Made by a program: the position numbers and the translations under genes
The notes under the pieces: model-generated
Database searches by the model: none
The model's input: only the letters and a program-made list of their open reading frames with translations
What the model was told of the DNA's origin: nothing
Part shown: in pieces, positions 29,398-39,583 of the stretch
How the letters are laid out: every line of letters starts with the position of its first letter
How positions within the stretch are numbered: position 1 is the first letter of the stretch
DNA from: an uncultured Bacilli bacterium
GTDB taxonomy: Bacteria > Bacillota_I > Bacilli_A > RFN20 > CAG-826
Direction: 5' to 3'
DNA: 61,733 bases
NCBI GenBank assembly: GCA_934168325.1
Contig: CAKPNG010000005.1
Span: 1-61,733 of the forward strand

Positions 29398-31809
29398 TTA
29401 TTTATTAGGAATCTTACTTAAGTGCCAAATATCACGATTATATTCTTCAATAGTTCTATCACTACTAAAGTAACCACTCATTGCAATATTTATTAAGCAA
29501 CTCTTTGCCCAAGCTTTTTTATCTAAATAATATTCTTCTACTTTCTTAGATTCTACTAAATAACTTTCAAAATCCTTTAAGATAAAGTATTCATCATTAT
29601 GATTCATAACTTCTTCAAATATTGCTCTAAATTTATTAGGTTCATTACACCAAGGACCATTAAATAAACTATCAAGAATTCTTCTAATATGTGGATTACT
29701 ATTATATTCATCCCATGGATTATATAATCCTTTATTTCTTAATTCTTCAATATCATTAACTTTTAAACCAAATATAAAGCAATTATCTTTTCCAACACGT
29801 TCACTAATTTCAACGTTAGCACCATCTAAAGTACCTAAAGTTAATGCACCATTCATCATAAATTTCATATTTGATGTACCACTAGCTTCTTTACCTGCAG
29901 TTGAAATTTGTTCACTAACATCAGTTGCTGGGATAATCTTTTCAGCTATAGAAACACCATAATTTTCCATAAAGACTACTTTCATATATTTATTAACTTC
30001 TGGGTCATTATTGACAATATTAGCAACACTTAAAATTAATTCAATAATTTGTTTTGCAAAGTAATATGAAGGAGCAGCCTTAGCACCAAAAATATATGTA
30101 TGAGGTACCATTTTGAAATTTTTATTATTCTTTATTTCAAAATAATAATGCATAATTCTAAAGATATTCATCAACTGTCTTTTGTAAGCGTGAAGTCTTT
30201 TGATTTGTGTATCAAATATTGAATTAGGATCAATTTCGATGTTATAATTCTTCTCAATATATTTAGCTAATGCAACTTTATTATCGTGCTTAATTTTCAT
30301 TAAACCCTCTAAAACTTCACTATTATTTTTAAATTCAATAAATTTCTCAAGTTCATTTTCTGGATTAATTTCCCATTTATCACCAATTGATTTTGTAATT
30401 AAATTAGCTAATTCAGTGTTAGAATACATCAACCAACGTCTATGAGTAACGCCATTTGTTTTATTATTAAATTTATTAGGGAAATATTTATAGAATGTTT
30501 TAAATGTTTCTTTCTTTAAAATATTAGTATGTAAAGCAGCAACACCATTAACACTAAAACAAGTGAAAATTGCTAAATTAGTCATTCTGACCATACCATC
30601 TTTAATAATAATCATATCATTAAATTCGTTTTCATTGACATTATTTTCATGCATCCAAATCATTTGTCTACGATTAATTTCTTCAATAATCATAAAGCAA
30701 CGAGGAATTAATTTTTGAATATAAATTATTGGCCACTTTTCTAAAGCTTCAGGCATAATTGTATGATTTGTATAAGCAATACATTGGGTAACTTGTTTCC
30801 AAGCACTATCCCATCCATATCCATAATCATCCATTAATAATCTCATTAATTCAGGAATAGCTAAAATTGGGTGAGTATCATTTAATTGGAAAACATATTT
30901 TTCATAGAAATTATCTAAAGTTCCATATCTTCTTAAATGTCCTCTTAAAGCACTTTGAAGGCCAGCACTTACAAAGAAATATTGTTGTCTTAATCTAAGA
31001 ATTCTACCATGTTCAGTTGAATCATCTGGATATAAACCATGGCATAATTCTTTTAAAGTTGTTAAATAATCTTCAAAAGATTGACCACTTTCAAGATTAT
31101 TTTCACTAGGTTCAGCACTCCATAAACGAAGTGTATTTGCTAAACCATTTTTATAACCTGGTATATAAACATCATATGGCATAGCTAAAACTTTAACAGC
31201 ATCAACAGTTCTAATACCATATCCACCATTAGGTTTTAAATATGTTTCAGCGTTTCCATAGAAACTAACTTCAACAGCATGTTTTGGCTTTCTAATTTCC
31301 CAAACATATCCATTTGTAAGCCATTGATCGGGTAATTCAATTTGCTTTCCATCAATTAATCTTTGTTTAAAGAATCCGTATTCATAACGAATACAGTTTC
31401 CAAATCCTGGATAATTAACACTAGCAATACTATCTAAAAAACAAGCAGCTAATCTTCCAAGACCACCATTTCCTAAGCCGGCATCTGCTTCTATATCTTC
31501 TAAAGCTTCTAAATCTATTCCTAAATCTTCTAAGCCTTCCTTACAGATATTATAAATACCCATATTCATCATATTACTAGTTAATAAACGACCAATTAAA
31601 AATTCCATTGAGAAATAAATTAATTGTTTTTGATTATTCTCTAATACATATTCTCTAGTATTACGCCAATCATGTCCGCCATAATCACGAACCATTTCAC
31701 CTAATATATCAAATTGTTCTAAAATATGTGCTTCATTTGGAGCTTTACCATATTTAGATACTAAACGATCTTTAAATTCATTTATAAATTCTATTTTATT
31801 TTTAAACAT
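29398..31809 (-). CDS. glgP: glycogen/maltodextrin phosphorylase
   Basis: 'EAGLGNGGLGRLAACFLDS' and the PLP site 'EASGTSNMKFMMNGALT'. Length is 803 aa. Confidence 0.95.
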   Translation of the reverse strand: MFKNKIEFINEFKDRLVSKYGKAPNEAHILEQFDILGEMVRDYGGHDWRNTREYVLENNQKQLIYFSMEFLIGRLLTSNMMNMGIYNICKEGLEDLGIDLEALEDIEADAGLGNGGLGRLAACFLDSIASVNYPGFGNCIRYEYGFFKQRLIDGKQIELPDQWLTNGYVWEIRKPKHAVEVSFYGNAETYLKPNGGYGIRTVDAVKVLAMPYDVYIPGYKNGLANTLRLWSAEPSENNLESGQSFEDYLTTLKELCHGLYPDDSTEHGRILRLRQQYFFVSAGLQSALRGHLRRYGTLDNFYEKYVFQLNDTHPILAIPELMRLLMDDYGYGWDSAWKQVTQCIAYTNHTIMPEALEKWPIIYIQKLIPRCFMIIEEINRRQMIWMHENNVNENEFNDMIIIKDGMVRMTNLAIFTCFSVNGVAALHTNILKKETFKTFYKYFPNKFNNKTNGVTHRRWLMYSNTELANLITKSIGDKWEINPENELEKFIEFKNNSEVLEGLMKIKHDNKVALAKYIEKNYNIEIDPNSIFDTQIKRLHAYKRQLMNIFRIMHYYFEIKNNKNFKMVPHTYIFGAKAAPSYYFAKQIIELILSVANIVNNDPEVNKYMKVVFMENYGVSIAEKIIPATDVSEQISTAGKEASGTSNMKFMMNGALTLGTLDGANVEISERVGKDNCFIFGLKVNDIEELRNKGLYNPWDEYNSNPHIRRILDSLFNGPWCNEPNKFRAIFEEVMNHNDEYFILKDFESYLVESKKVEEYYLDKKAWAKSCLINIAMSGYFSSDRTIEEYNRDIWHLSKIPNK

Positions 31810-31833
31810 ATTTTCTCCTAATAAATGTTAAAT

Positions 31834-33729
31834 TTATTTAAACTTTAATATAATTCCAGCATAAGGGGCTAACTTAACACTAATCTTAAATGGTTTATTT
31901 TCAGGTCCACCATTTGAAGTAACTAAATCTAAGCCATTATATGCATTACTTCCGCCATAAACATCTTTATCACTATTAAATATTTCTTGATAAGTACCTT
32001 CTCTAGTGACTCCAATATCATAACTTTCATAATAATTTGGTGTCATATTAAATATAAATATAAGATGAGAATCACCGACTCTTCTTTCAAAAGCAAATAC
32101 TGATTGATCTTTATTATCAACCATTAACCAATTGTAATGTACAGGATTATATTCTTCAAAATACATTGCAGGTTCATGACGATAAATTAAATTTAAATCT
32201 CTCACTAATCTAGAAACACTATCATGTTTTGGATAGCGTTTTAATTCCCAAGGAAGTGATTTATTTTCATTCCATTCATCAAAACTAGCAAGTTCATTAC
32301 CCATGAAATTTAATTTTTTACCTGGATGAGCAAATTGATAAGTATATAAATTTCTAATTAATGCAAATTTTGTATCATAATCGCCAAACATTTTATTAAT
32401 AATAGTACCTTTTCCATGAACTACTTCATCATGAGATAATGGTAATAAGAAGTTTTCGCTAAAGAAATATGCCATTGAGAATGTAATCTTATCATGTTCA
32501 TATTTCTTATATATAGGATCTAATCCATAATACTTTAATGTATCATTCATCCAGCCTAAATCCCACTTATAATCAAATCCTAATCCACCATATTCAAGAG
32601 GTTTAGTTACACCAGTGAAATCTGTACTATCTTCAGCAATCATCATGACACTATCATGTAGAATATGCATTTTACCATTTAATCTACGAATAAATTCAGT
32701 AGCTCCATAATTTTCGCCATTATTTTTATTACCTTCCCAATAAACAATATTACTGACAGCATCGACTCTAATACCATCAAAATGGAAATATTCAATAAAA
32801 TAATTCATAGCACTCATTAAGAAGCTTCTAACTGGATCTTTACCTAAGTCAAATTGTAAACTACCCCATGGGCTATATTTATGTTCATTATCATATTCAT
32901 ATAAACAAGTACCATCAAAATGACATAAAGCAAATTCATCTGTAGCAAAATGAACAGGTGCAAAATCTAAAATAACGCCGATCCCAGCTTGATGTAATCT
33001 ATCAACAAAAGACATAAGTTGCATAGGATTTCCATATCTACTATCTACACTATAAAATCCTGTTGATTGATATCCCCAAGATCCATCAAAAGGATATTGA
33101 GTGATAGGCATTATTTCAACATGAGTATAACTAAGTGCTTTTAAATAAGGAATTAAGAAATCAGCAATTTCTTCATATGATAAATTTCTATTATCAATTT
33201 TTCCTTTCCAAGATCCTAAATGCATCTCATAAATCGACATTGGTTGATCAAAATTTCTAGTTCTATGTTTTAAAAATGGTCTATCATGCCAAATAAATCC
33301 ATCTATATTAAATAATCTAGAACAACTTCCTGGTCGATATTCACTAAAGAAAGCAAAAGGATCTGCTTTATCAACATAAATCCCTCTAGCATCCTTAAAA
33401 TGATATTTATAAAAGCTATAATTATGTAAATTTGGAATAAAAATCTCAAAAACACCAGCTTCATCAATCTTTTCCATTTTATGAATTTTAGGATCCCAAT
33501 TATTAAAATCGCCAATAACACTAACATCTTCTGCCATAGGTGCATATAATCTAAAAACAACACCTTCAACAGTAGTCATTATCTTACTTTTTTTAGTCTT
33601 TTTTGAATTCTTTTTTAAAGGAACTAAAATTTCAGTCTCGACTTCTCTTTTAACAAAATGAGCACCAAAATAATTATAAGCTTCAATACATTGTCCGTTT
33701 AAATAATCATAAAGCAATCCGTAAGCCAT
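31834..33729 (-). CDS. glgB: 1,4-alpha-glucan branching enzyme
   Basis: GH13 motifs 'DFAPVHF', 'FDGIRVDAV', 'MIAEDST' and 'LPLSHDEVVHGK'. Length is 631 aa. Confidence 0.95.
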   Translation of the reverse strand: MAYGLLYDYLNGQCIEAYNYFGAHFVKREVETEILVPLKKNSKKTKKSKIMTTVEGVVFRLYAPMAEDVSVIGDFNNWDPKIHKMEKIDEAGVFEIFIPNLHNYSFYKYHFKDARGIYVDKADPFAFFSEYRPGSCSRLFNIDGFIWHDRPFLKHRTRNFDQPMSIYEMHLGSWKGKIDNRNLSYEEIADFLIPYLKALSYTHVEIMPITQYPFDGSWGYQSTGFYSVDSRYGNPMQLMSFVDRLHQAGIGVILDFAPVHFATDEFALCHFDGTCLYEYDNEHKYSPWGSLQFDLGKDPVRSFLMSAMNYFIEYFHFDGIRVDAVSNIVYWEGNKNNGENYGATEFIRRLNGKMHILHDSVMMIAEDSTDFTGVTKPLEYGGLGFDYKWDLGWMNDTLKYYGLDPIYKKYEHDKITFSMAYFFSENFLLPLSHDEVVHGKGTIINKMFGDYDTKFALIRNLYTYQFAHPGKKLNFMGNELASFDEWNENKSLPWELKRYPKHDSVSRLVRDLNLIYRHEPAMYFEEYNPVHYNWLMVDNKDQSVFAFERRVGDSHLIFIFNMTPNYYESYDIGVTREGTYQEIFNSDKDVYGGSNAYNGLDLVTSNGGPENKPFKISVKLAPYAGIILKFK

Positions 33730-34030
33730 ATTTTTCTCCTTATATTACTTATATTATATTCTTAAAAAAATCATGCTTAAAGAATTAAGTGATGATTTTT
33801 TATCAAAAATGTAACTCCATGTAAATATTTTCATAAATTTATAAATTTATCTAATTTAATGTAAAATTTCCGTAAAATTAGGCTGATTTTATAAATAACC
33901 ATATTTATTTATAAATAAAAAAAATATAAATTTTATTTAATTTGTTCTTTATCCTATTATATATAGCAAGAAGTAAAATTAAGAATTAAACACAAAGTTA
34001 TGATCTAATATTATTTTGTAAAAATATTCC

Positions 34031-34060
34031 TTGATTTAAAGATTAATGTAGTGTTATACT
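34031..34060 (+). promoter_or_regulatory. candidate promoter of rpmB
   Basis: TTGATT (34031-34036), 18-nt spacer containing TG, then TATACT (34055-34060). Confidence 0.45.
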
Positions 34061-34088
34061 TATTAGGCGATTTAAGGAGGTAAACGAG

Positions 34089-34280
34089 ATGTCTAGAGTT
34101 TGTCCTATTACAGGTAAGCACCCATTAAGTGGTAATAAACGTTCACACAGTTTACGTGCAACACGTAGAAAATGGAATGTTAACTTACAAACATATAAAG
34201 TTGAAATTAATGGCCAAGTAGTTAAAGTTAAAATGTCTGCTCGTGCTTATAAAACCCTCAATAAATCACTTGCAAAGTAA
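34089..34280 (+). CDS. rpmB: 50S ribosomal protein L28
   Basis: '[10 protein letters not shown]...[21 protein letters not shown]' is a typical L28. AAGGAGG RBS. Confidence 0.95.
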   Translation: MSRVCPITGKHPLSGNKRSHSLRATRRKWNVNLQTYKVEINGQVVKVKMSARAYKTLNKSLAK

Positions 34281-34283
34281 ATT

Positions 34284-34310
34284 AAAAGTCTCAAATTATT
34301 GAGACTTTTT
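34284..34310 (+). terminator. rho-independent terminator after rpmB
   Basis: AGTCTCAA / TTGAGACT hairpin followed by TTTTT. Confidence 0.7.
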
Positions 34311-34322
34311 ATTTTATTTTAT

Positions 34323-34979
34323 TTAAAATAATAAAACTAATCCAATAGGAATATAACTTAAAATTAAATTTAAAAATACACCCCATTCTAGCATTGCTAA
34401 ATAACAATATTTAGGTCTAGCAAATACTTCAGCATCAAATTTAACCATCTTAGCCCAGCTTTTTGAAGTTTTATTAATAATTAAAATAACACTAAATATC
34501 AATTGTAAGCAAATCACCACAATTGAAGCTATACATACACCTTTTATGACTGTATATCCTCTATCAATACTAGAAAAATAATAAAACATTAATAAATCTA
34601 AAGCTATTTGAATACCAGTAAATGAAGATGCTAATAATAAATGTCCTCTAAAATTTGATAATTTAGTGAATAGTAATAAAACAAAAACTAAATAATCAAT
34701 AATAAACATAATCATTATTATATAACTACTAACATAGCTAAAATTAATAGCAAATAAAATAATAGGAGTTATAAAAAGTAATGAACAAATAACTAATAAT
34801 AAAATAGAAATTTTGCCTTGTTTTGTTTTTCTTCTGAAGCCATTTAATTCAAAAGGAAAATAACTTAAAAAATGAAATTTATTACTTCCTGTTAAATTAA
34901 ACATCGAAATCCATTGACCAAAAGTTAATCCAAAGAAGAAAAGTGAAATTAATATAATTACAATAAAAGCTGTACCCAT
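34323..34979 (-). CDS. multipass membrane protein, function unknown
   Basis: 218 aa and highly hydrophobic. It starts 3 nt after the rpe stop. Confidence 0.5.
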   Translation of the reverse strand: MGTAFIVIILISLFFFGLTFGQWISMFNLTGSNKFHFLSYFPFELNGFRRKTKQGKISILLLVICSLLFITPIILFAINFSYVSSYIIMIMFIIDYLVFVLLLFTKLSNFRGHLLLASSFTGIQIALDLLMFYYFSSIDRGYTVIKGVCIASIVVICLQLIFSVILIINKTSKSWAKMVKFDAEVFARPKYCYLAMLEWGVFLNLILSYIPIGLVLLF

Positions 34980-34982
34980 AAA

Positions 34983-35639
34983 TTACTCTCCCAAAATTAA
35001 GCTAACTGCTACTTTTTTATCAGTAGCTTTTGCTAAATAACTACCACAAACTAAAAGATTTGCACCGCTATTAAATATAGTTTTTGCGTTATCACTTTTA
35101 ATTCCACCATCAACTTCAATTATATAATTAAGTCCTTTATTTTTTCTAAAAGTGTCTAAATCCCTAATTTTTATATAGGAATTGATAATAAATGATTGTC
35201 CACCAAAGCCAGGTTCAACAGACATAACTAATGCCAAATCAATCATTGGTAAGAATTTTATAATTGCTTCAATAGGTGTATTAGGTTTAATAGAAATTCC
35301 ACATTTACATCCAAAACTATGAATATAATTAATTAATTCAATAACCTCATTATCATTATCTAAAGCTTCATAATGAAAGGTAATTATATCAGCTTTAGCT
35401 TTAGCAAACTGCTCAATATAATCTTTAGGATTCGTGATCATTAAATGTACATCGTTTATTAAATTATGTTTTTTATTAATAGTAGATAAAATATGTGGTC
35501 CAAAGCTAATATTATTAACAAAATGACCATCCATGACATCATAATGTAAATATTTAACACCGCTATTAAAAATATTTTCTAAATCTAATTCTAAGTTAGA
35601 AAAATCACTCGATAATATTGAATAAGATAGTTCTTTCAT
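34983..35639 (-). CDS. rpe: ribulose-phosphate 3-epimerase
   Basis: 'LHYDVMDGHFV.NISFGP', 'MSVEPGFGGQ.F' and 'VDGGI'. Confidence 0.93.
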   Translation of the reverse strand: MKELSYSILSSDFSNLELDLENIFNSGVKYLHYDVMDGHFVNNISFGPHILSTINKKHNLINDVHLMITNPKDYIEQFAKAKADIITFHYEALDNDNEVIELINYIHSFGCKCGISIKPNTPIEAIIKFLPMIDLALVMSVEPGFGGQSFIINSYIKIRDLDTFRKNKGLNYIIEVDGGIKSDNAKTIFNSGANLLVCGSYLAKATDKKVAVSLILGE

Positions 35640-35660
35640 AATGTTATTTTACCACATCTT

Positions 35661-36551
35661 CTAATTGGATGATAATCCAAAAATTCTCGCTAATAGGCTT
35701 CTTCCTTGCTTCATAGCTTTTTTATTCTTATATAAATTTAAAATATCATCTCTCATAAGTTTGACAGTTTTATATCTAACGCGTAAATCTTTATCTACGG
35801 CTTTAAAAAATATCTTTTCAGCTTCTTTTGGTAAAGAAGGAATTATTTTTAAAGGACTAGGCATTACTTCTTTAACATGTTTAATTGCTATATCATTAGG
35901 ATTATCACCATCAAAAGGAACATTTCCAGTAATTAATTCAAAAAATAATATTCCTAATGCATAAATATCACTTTGATAACTTCCACCAGCTTTCCCAGTA
36001 ACAAGTTCTGGAGCTAAATATTGAGCAGTTCCAGCAATTTTTTTATTCTCATTAATATTTAAATTACTATCTAATAATATAGATATACCAAAATCACCAA
36101 TTTTAACGGATCCATCAGGTAAAATATAAACATTAGAACTTTTAATATCTCGATGAATAATCTTTTTAGAATGAATATAAATTAAAGAATCACAAAGTTG
36201 TAACATAATCGAGCAAGCTTCGTTGATCGTATAAGCACCTTTAAAATCAAGTGAATCTCTTAAAGTTTGTCCTTTAACAAATTCATTTACTATAAATAAT
36301 GTATTATCGTATTCACCATAATCATAAATTTTAACAATATTTGGATGATTTAAAGCACTAGAAAATCTAGCTTCATTTTGAAATCTTATGATATTATCTA
36401 CTTTTTTTAAGGCTTCTGGTTTTAAAAATTTAATAGCAACATTTCTTTTTAATATGAAGTCTCTAGCTTCATATACATTACTCATTCCACCTTTTCCAAT
36501 TGTAGCAACTATCTTATATCGTTCACTTACTATATCATTAATTCTTATCAT
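35661..36551 (-). CDS. Ser/Thr protein kinase, catalytic domain only (PrkC position, no TM or PASTA)
   Basis: Hanks motifs 'GKGGMSNVY', 'VAIK', 'HRDIKSSN', 'DFG' and 'APE'. The protein ends about 25 aa after the kinase domain. Confidence 0.88.
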   Translation of the reverse strand: MIRINDIVSERYKIVATIGKGGMSNVYEARDFILKRNVAIKFLKPEALKKVDNIIRFQNEARFSSALNHPNIVKIYDYGEYDNTLFIVNEFVKGQTLRDSLDFKGAYTINEACSIMLQLCDSLIYIHSKKIIHRDIKSSNVYILPDGSVKIGDFGISILLDSNLNINENKKIAGTAQYLAPELVTGKAGGSYQSDIYALGILFFELITGNVPFDGDNPNDIAIKHVKEVMPSPLKIIPSLPKEAEKIFFKAVDKDLRVRYKTVKLMRDDILNLYKNKKAMKQGRSLLARIFGLSSN

Positions 36552-37296
36552 CTATACACTCCCAAAGTGCAACAGAGATATTATCACTACCACCATTAAA
36601 ATTAGCGACATTAATTAAACTATTAACTTTAGTTTCAGTAGAATCATCAGTTCTTAAGATATTTTCAATATCTGGGGTATTAACATTGTTATATAAGCCA
36701 TCACTACATAATAAAATACTTTCTTTATTATATTTATATACTTTTATATTTAAACTAATTGAAGGATAAATACCAACAGCATTAATTAAAACATGACGTT
36801 TAGGATGAGTTTTAATTTCATCTTCCTTAATTTGCCCACTATTATATAAATAATTAGCATAAGTTTCATCTTCACTTAATTGCTTAAATTCTTTTTTAGA
36901 TAAAATATAGCATCTACTATCACCGGCATTTGCTATTATTAAATTATTGTTATAAAGAAAAGCTAATATAATAGTTGTTCCCATTCCTTTATAATTAGCA
37001 TCAGAATAGCTTAAATCATATAACTTTTTATTTATAATCTTTAAAGTACGTCTAATAAAATGAATACAATCAAATGTGGAATAAAATTTTTTTCTTTTTT
37101 TAAAAGCTTCAGTTAGTTCATTAATAACTTCTAAACTAGCGAAATCACCTTTATTAGCGCCACCCATTCCATCAGTAACCATCATCAAAAGATCACCATT
37201 ACTATTAATAAGTATTTTGGATTCATCTTCATTTGATATTCTTACTTTTCCTAAATCTTTTTTGTAAGAGAATGTACCATTAAATTTGTGTTTCAT
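36538..37296 (-). CDS. PP2C-family Ser/Thr phosphatase (Stp/PrpC)
   Basis: PP2C motifs 'RISNEDE', 'VTDGMGG', 'GTT', 'GDSR', 'CSDGL' and 'GGSDNISV'. Confidence 0.88.
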   Translation of the reverse strand: MKHKFNGTFSYKKDLGKVRISNEDESKILINSNGDLLMMVTDGMGGANKGDFASLEVINELTEAFKKRKKFYSTFDCIHFIRRTLKIINKKLYDLSYSDANYKGMGTTIILAFLYNNNLIIANAGDSRCYILSKKEFKQLSEDETYANYLYNSGQIKEDEIKTHPKRHVLINAVGIYPSISLNIKVYKYNKESILLCSDGLYNNVNTPDIENILRTDDSTETKVNSLINVANFNGGSDNISVALWECIDDKN

Positions 37297-38317
37297 GTTT
37301 TGCTCTTAATTGTCCACAGGCAGCATCTATATCAGTGCCAAATTCTTTACGAATAGTGACATTAACTCCCCTTTTCATTAAAGTATCCATAAAATCATGG
37401 ACTCTTTTTTCATCACTACGTTTATATTTTAATTCATTAACAGGATTAAAAGGTATTAAATTTACGTAAGCTAACGTTCCTTTTATTAAATTAGCTAATT
37501 CTATTGCGCATTCTTTACTATCATTAACATCTTTTAATAAAATATATTCAAATGTAACTCTTCTTTGAGCTACTTTTTCATAATATTTTACAGCATCCAT
37601 CAATTCATCAAGTGGATATTTCCTATTAATAGGCATAATTTTATTCCTTAATTCATTATTAGGTGCATGTAAAGAAATAGCTAAATTAATTTGTAATCCT
37701 TCATTAGCATAGTCTCTAATTTTTTCAATCAATCCGCATGTTGAAACAGTAATATGTCTAGCACCAATAGCTAATCCATGAGGATGATTTAAAATTCTAA
37801 TAAAATCCATTACATTATCGTAATTATCAAAAGGCTCACCAGTTCCCATAACAACTACGTGCGTAACTCTTTTTTCTTCATCTTTTAATAAATTATTTAA
37901 AACTAAAACTTGACCAATAAGTTCATCAACTGTAAGCGCTCTTTTCTTTTTAAGTAATCCAGAGGCGCAAAAACAGCACCCCATATTGCAACCAACTTCG
38001 CTAGTTACACAAGCAACATTACCATAATTATATCGCATAAGAACAGTTTCAATTTTATTACCATCATTAAGTTCTAATAATAATTTAATAGTGCCATCAC
38101 TTGAAACTTGTTTTGTAAATATTTTAGGAATTTCTAAACAATATTCATTCTTTAAAGTTTCTCTAAAAGACAAAGAGATATCACTCATTTCATCAAAATT
38201 AGTGACACCTTTTTCATAAATCCACTTAAAAAGTTGTGTCGCCCTAAATTTCTTTTGACCGACACTAACCATTTTATCTTCTAATTTATTTAATGAATAA
38301 GAATATAAGTTAAGCAT
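37280..38317 (-). CDS. rlmN: 23S rRNA/tRNA m2A methyltransferase RlmN (radical SAM)
   Basis: 'FRATQLFKWIY', radical-SAM 'CNMGCCFCASG' and C-terminal 'DIDAACGQL'. Confidence 0.93.
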   Translation of the reverse strand: MLNLYSYSLNKLEDKMVSVGQKKFRATQLFKWIYEKGVTNFDEMSDISLSFRETLKNEYCLEIPKIFTKQVSSDGTIKLLLELNDGNKIETVLMRYNYGNVACVTSEVGCNMGCCFCASGLLKKKRALTVDELIGQVLVLNNLLKDEEKRVTHVVVMGTGEPFDNYDNVMDFIRILNHPHGLAIGARHITVSTCGLIEKIRDYANEGLQINLAISLHAPNNELRNKIMPINRKYPLDELMDAVKYYEKVAQRRVTFEYILLKDVNDSKECAIELANLIKGTLAYVNLIPFNPVNELKYKRSDEKRVHDFMDTLMKRGVNVTIRKEFGTDIDAACGQLRAKHETQI

Positions 38318-39581
38318 TATCTTTCTTTCTTAAAATAGCATAGTAGAAAATAGAATTATTTTGATTTGGTAAATATTGTTTTTCTTTAATTAATTCGAAT
38401 TCTGCATGGTTTTCTAAAAAATTAGCGACTAATTTATTAGTTTCTTTTAATCCTAAAGTATCAACACAATAAACTAAATATCCACCATCAGTAACATATT
38501 TTGCACCATTTTCTAAGCTAAGATTTTCACTAGCAATATATTCATCTAATTTATTAGAATCAAATATAACACTATAGTCAGGGCTATTTCTTAATTTATC
38601 GAATTCGCTACTTTTAGCAAACATAACAAATAAGTCTTGTTTCTTAGAAATTAAAGAATCTAAAGAATCAGGTTGAGCTTCATTAAAATATAAATTCTTT
38701 AAACCATAAGTTTTCTTAATATTTAATAATTCATAATTATCTTTTAAAGCATTGGCAATAATTGTAGCTTGATTTCCTTCTTTATTATATTTTGCAACAA
38801 TTGGCATATAAATGAAGGATCTACCACCTAAATAAATTGTATAATTTGAATGTTTTAAATCTGGTAATTCATTTAATAAATCTAAATATGATAATTGAAT
38901 TGGTAATAATACTTTTTCTTTGATAGCTTGAGTTTTTCTAAAACTACCTTTACCTTTATATACATAAGTTCCATTATCACAGAGTTCAAAATCATTTAAT
39001 AATTGCTTATCATTTTCAGTAATGTCTTTTAAAGAATTAAGCCATAAATTTTGAGTAGGTACTCTTGAAATTAATCTACAAGAAGCTAAACCATTTTCAC
39101 TTCCATAATATTTAATCATCATTTTGACAAACCATTCAGGTAAATTAAATTTCATACTAAAATATGCCATACTACCTTTTCTTATGTTTGTAGATGGGAA
39201 TGCATAAGCTTTTTTATCCTTACAAATTCCATTTAAAACTGTGATTTGATCATTACTAACGTTTATATCTTTCTTAAGTAATTCTTCTTTTAAATAATTT
39301 AAAGCATCTTCTTCGCTACAAGATTTAACAAATGCATTATTTACAAAATATAAACCTGCGATAAGTAATACATCAAAATCATTTTTACCGAAAACAAATT
39401 CAGTAGCTTTTCTTATAAAATAGTAATTTCTTAAAAAAGATCCAACCAAATTTAAACAAATATATTTGTCTTTATCAGTTAGTTTTTCTTTATTGCATCT
39501 TTGATTAACTAATGCAAAATAATCTTTTTTCTCTTTTAATACTACAGTTAATACATCTTTACAAATTCCAAAATAGTTCAT
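38310..39581 (-). CDS. RsmB/Sun-like protein with apparently degenerate SAM-binding and catalytic-cysteine motifs
   Basis: It is collinear with RsmB and sits in the rsmB position before rlmN. Where RsmB has CAAPGGKT, DAPCS and TCS it reads 'IYLGGRSF', 'MFAKSS' and 'YCVDT'. Confidence 0.55.
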   Translation of the reverse strand: MNYFGICKDVLTVVLKEKKDYFALVNQRCNKEKLTDKDKYICLNLVGSFLRNYYFIRKATEFVFGKNDFDVLLIAGLYFVNNAFVKSCSEEDALNYLKEELLKKDINVSNDQITVLNGICKDKKAYAFPSTNIRKGSMAYFSMKFNLPEWFVKMMIKYYGSENGLASCRLISRVPTQNLWLNSLKDITENDKQLLNDFELCDNGTYVYKGKGSFRKTQAIKEKVLLPIQLSYLDLLNELPDLKHSNYTIYLGGRSFIYMPIVAKYNKEGNQATIIANALKDNYELLNIKKTYGLKNLYFNEAQPDSLDSLISKKQDLFVMFAKSSEFDKLRNSPDYSVIFDSNKLDEYIASENLSLENGAKYVTDGGYLVYCVDTLGLKETNKLVANFLENHAEFELIKEKQYLPNQNNSIFYYAILRKKDNA

Positions 39582-39583
39582 TT

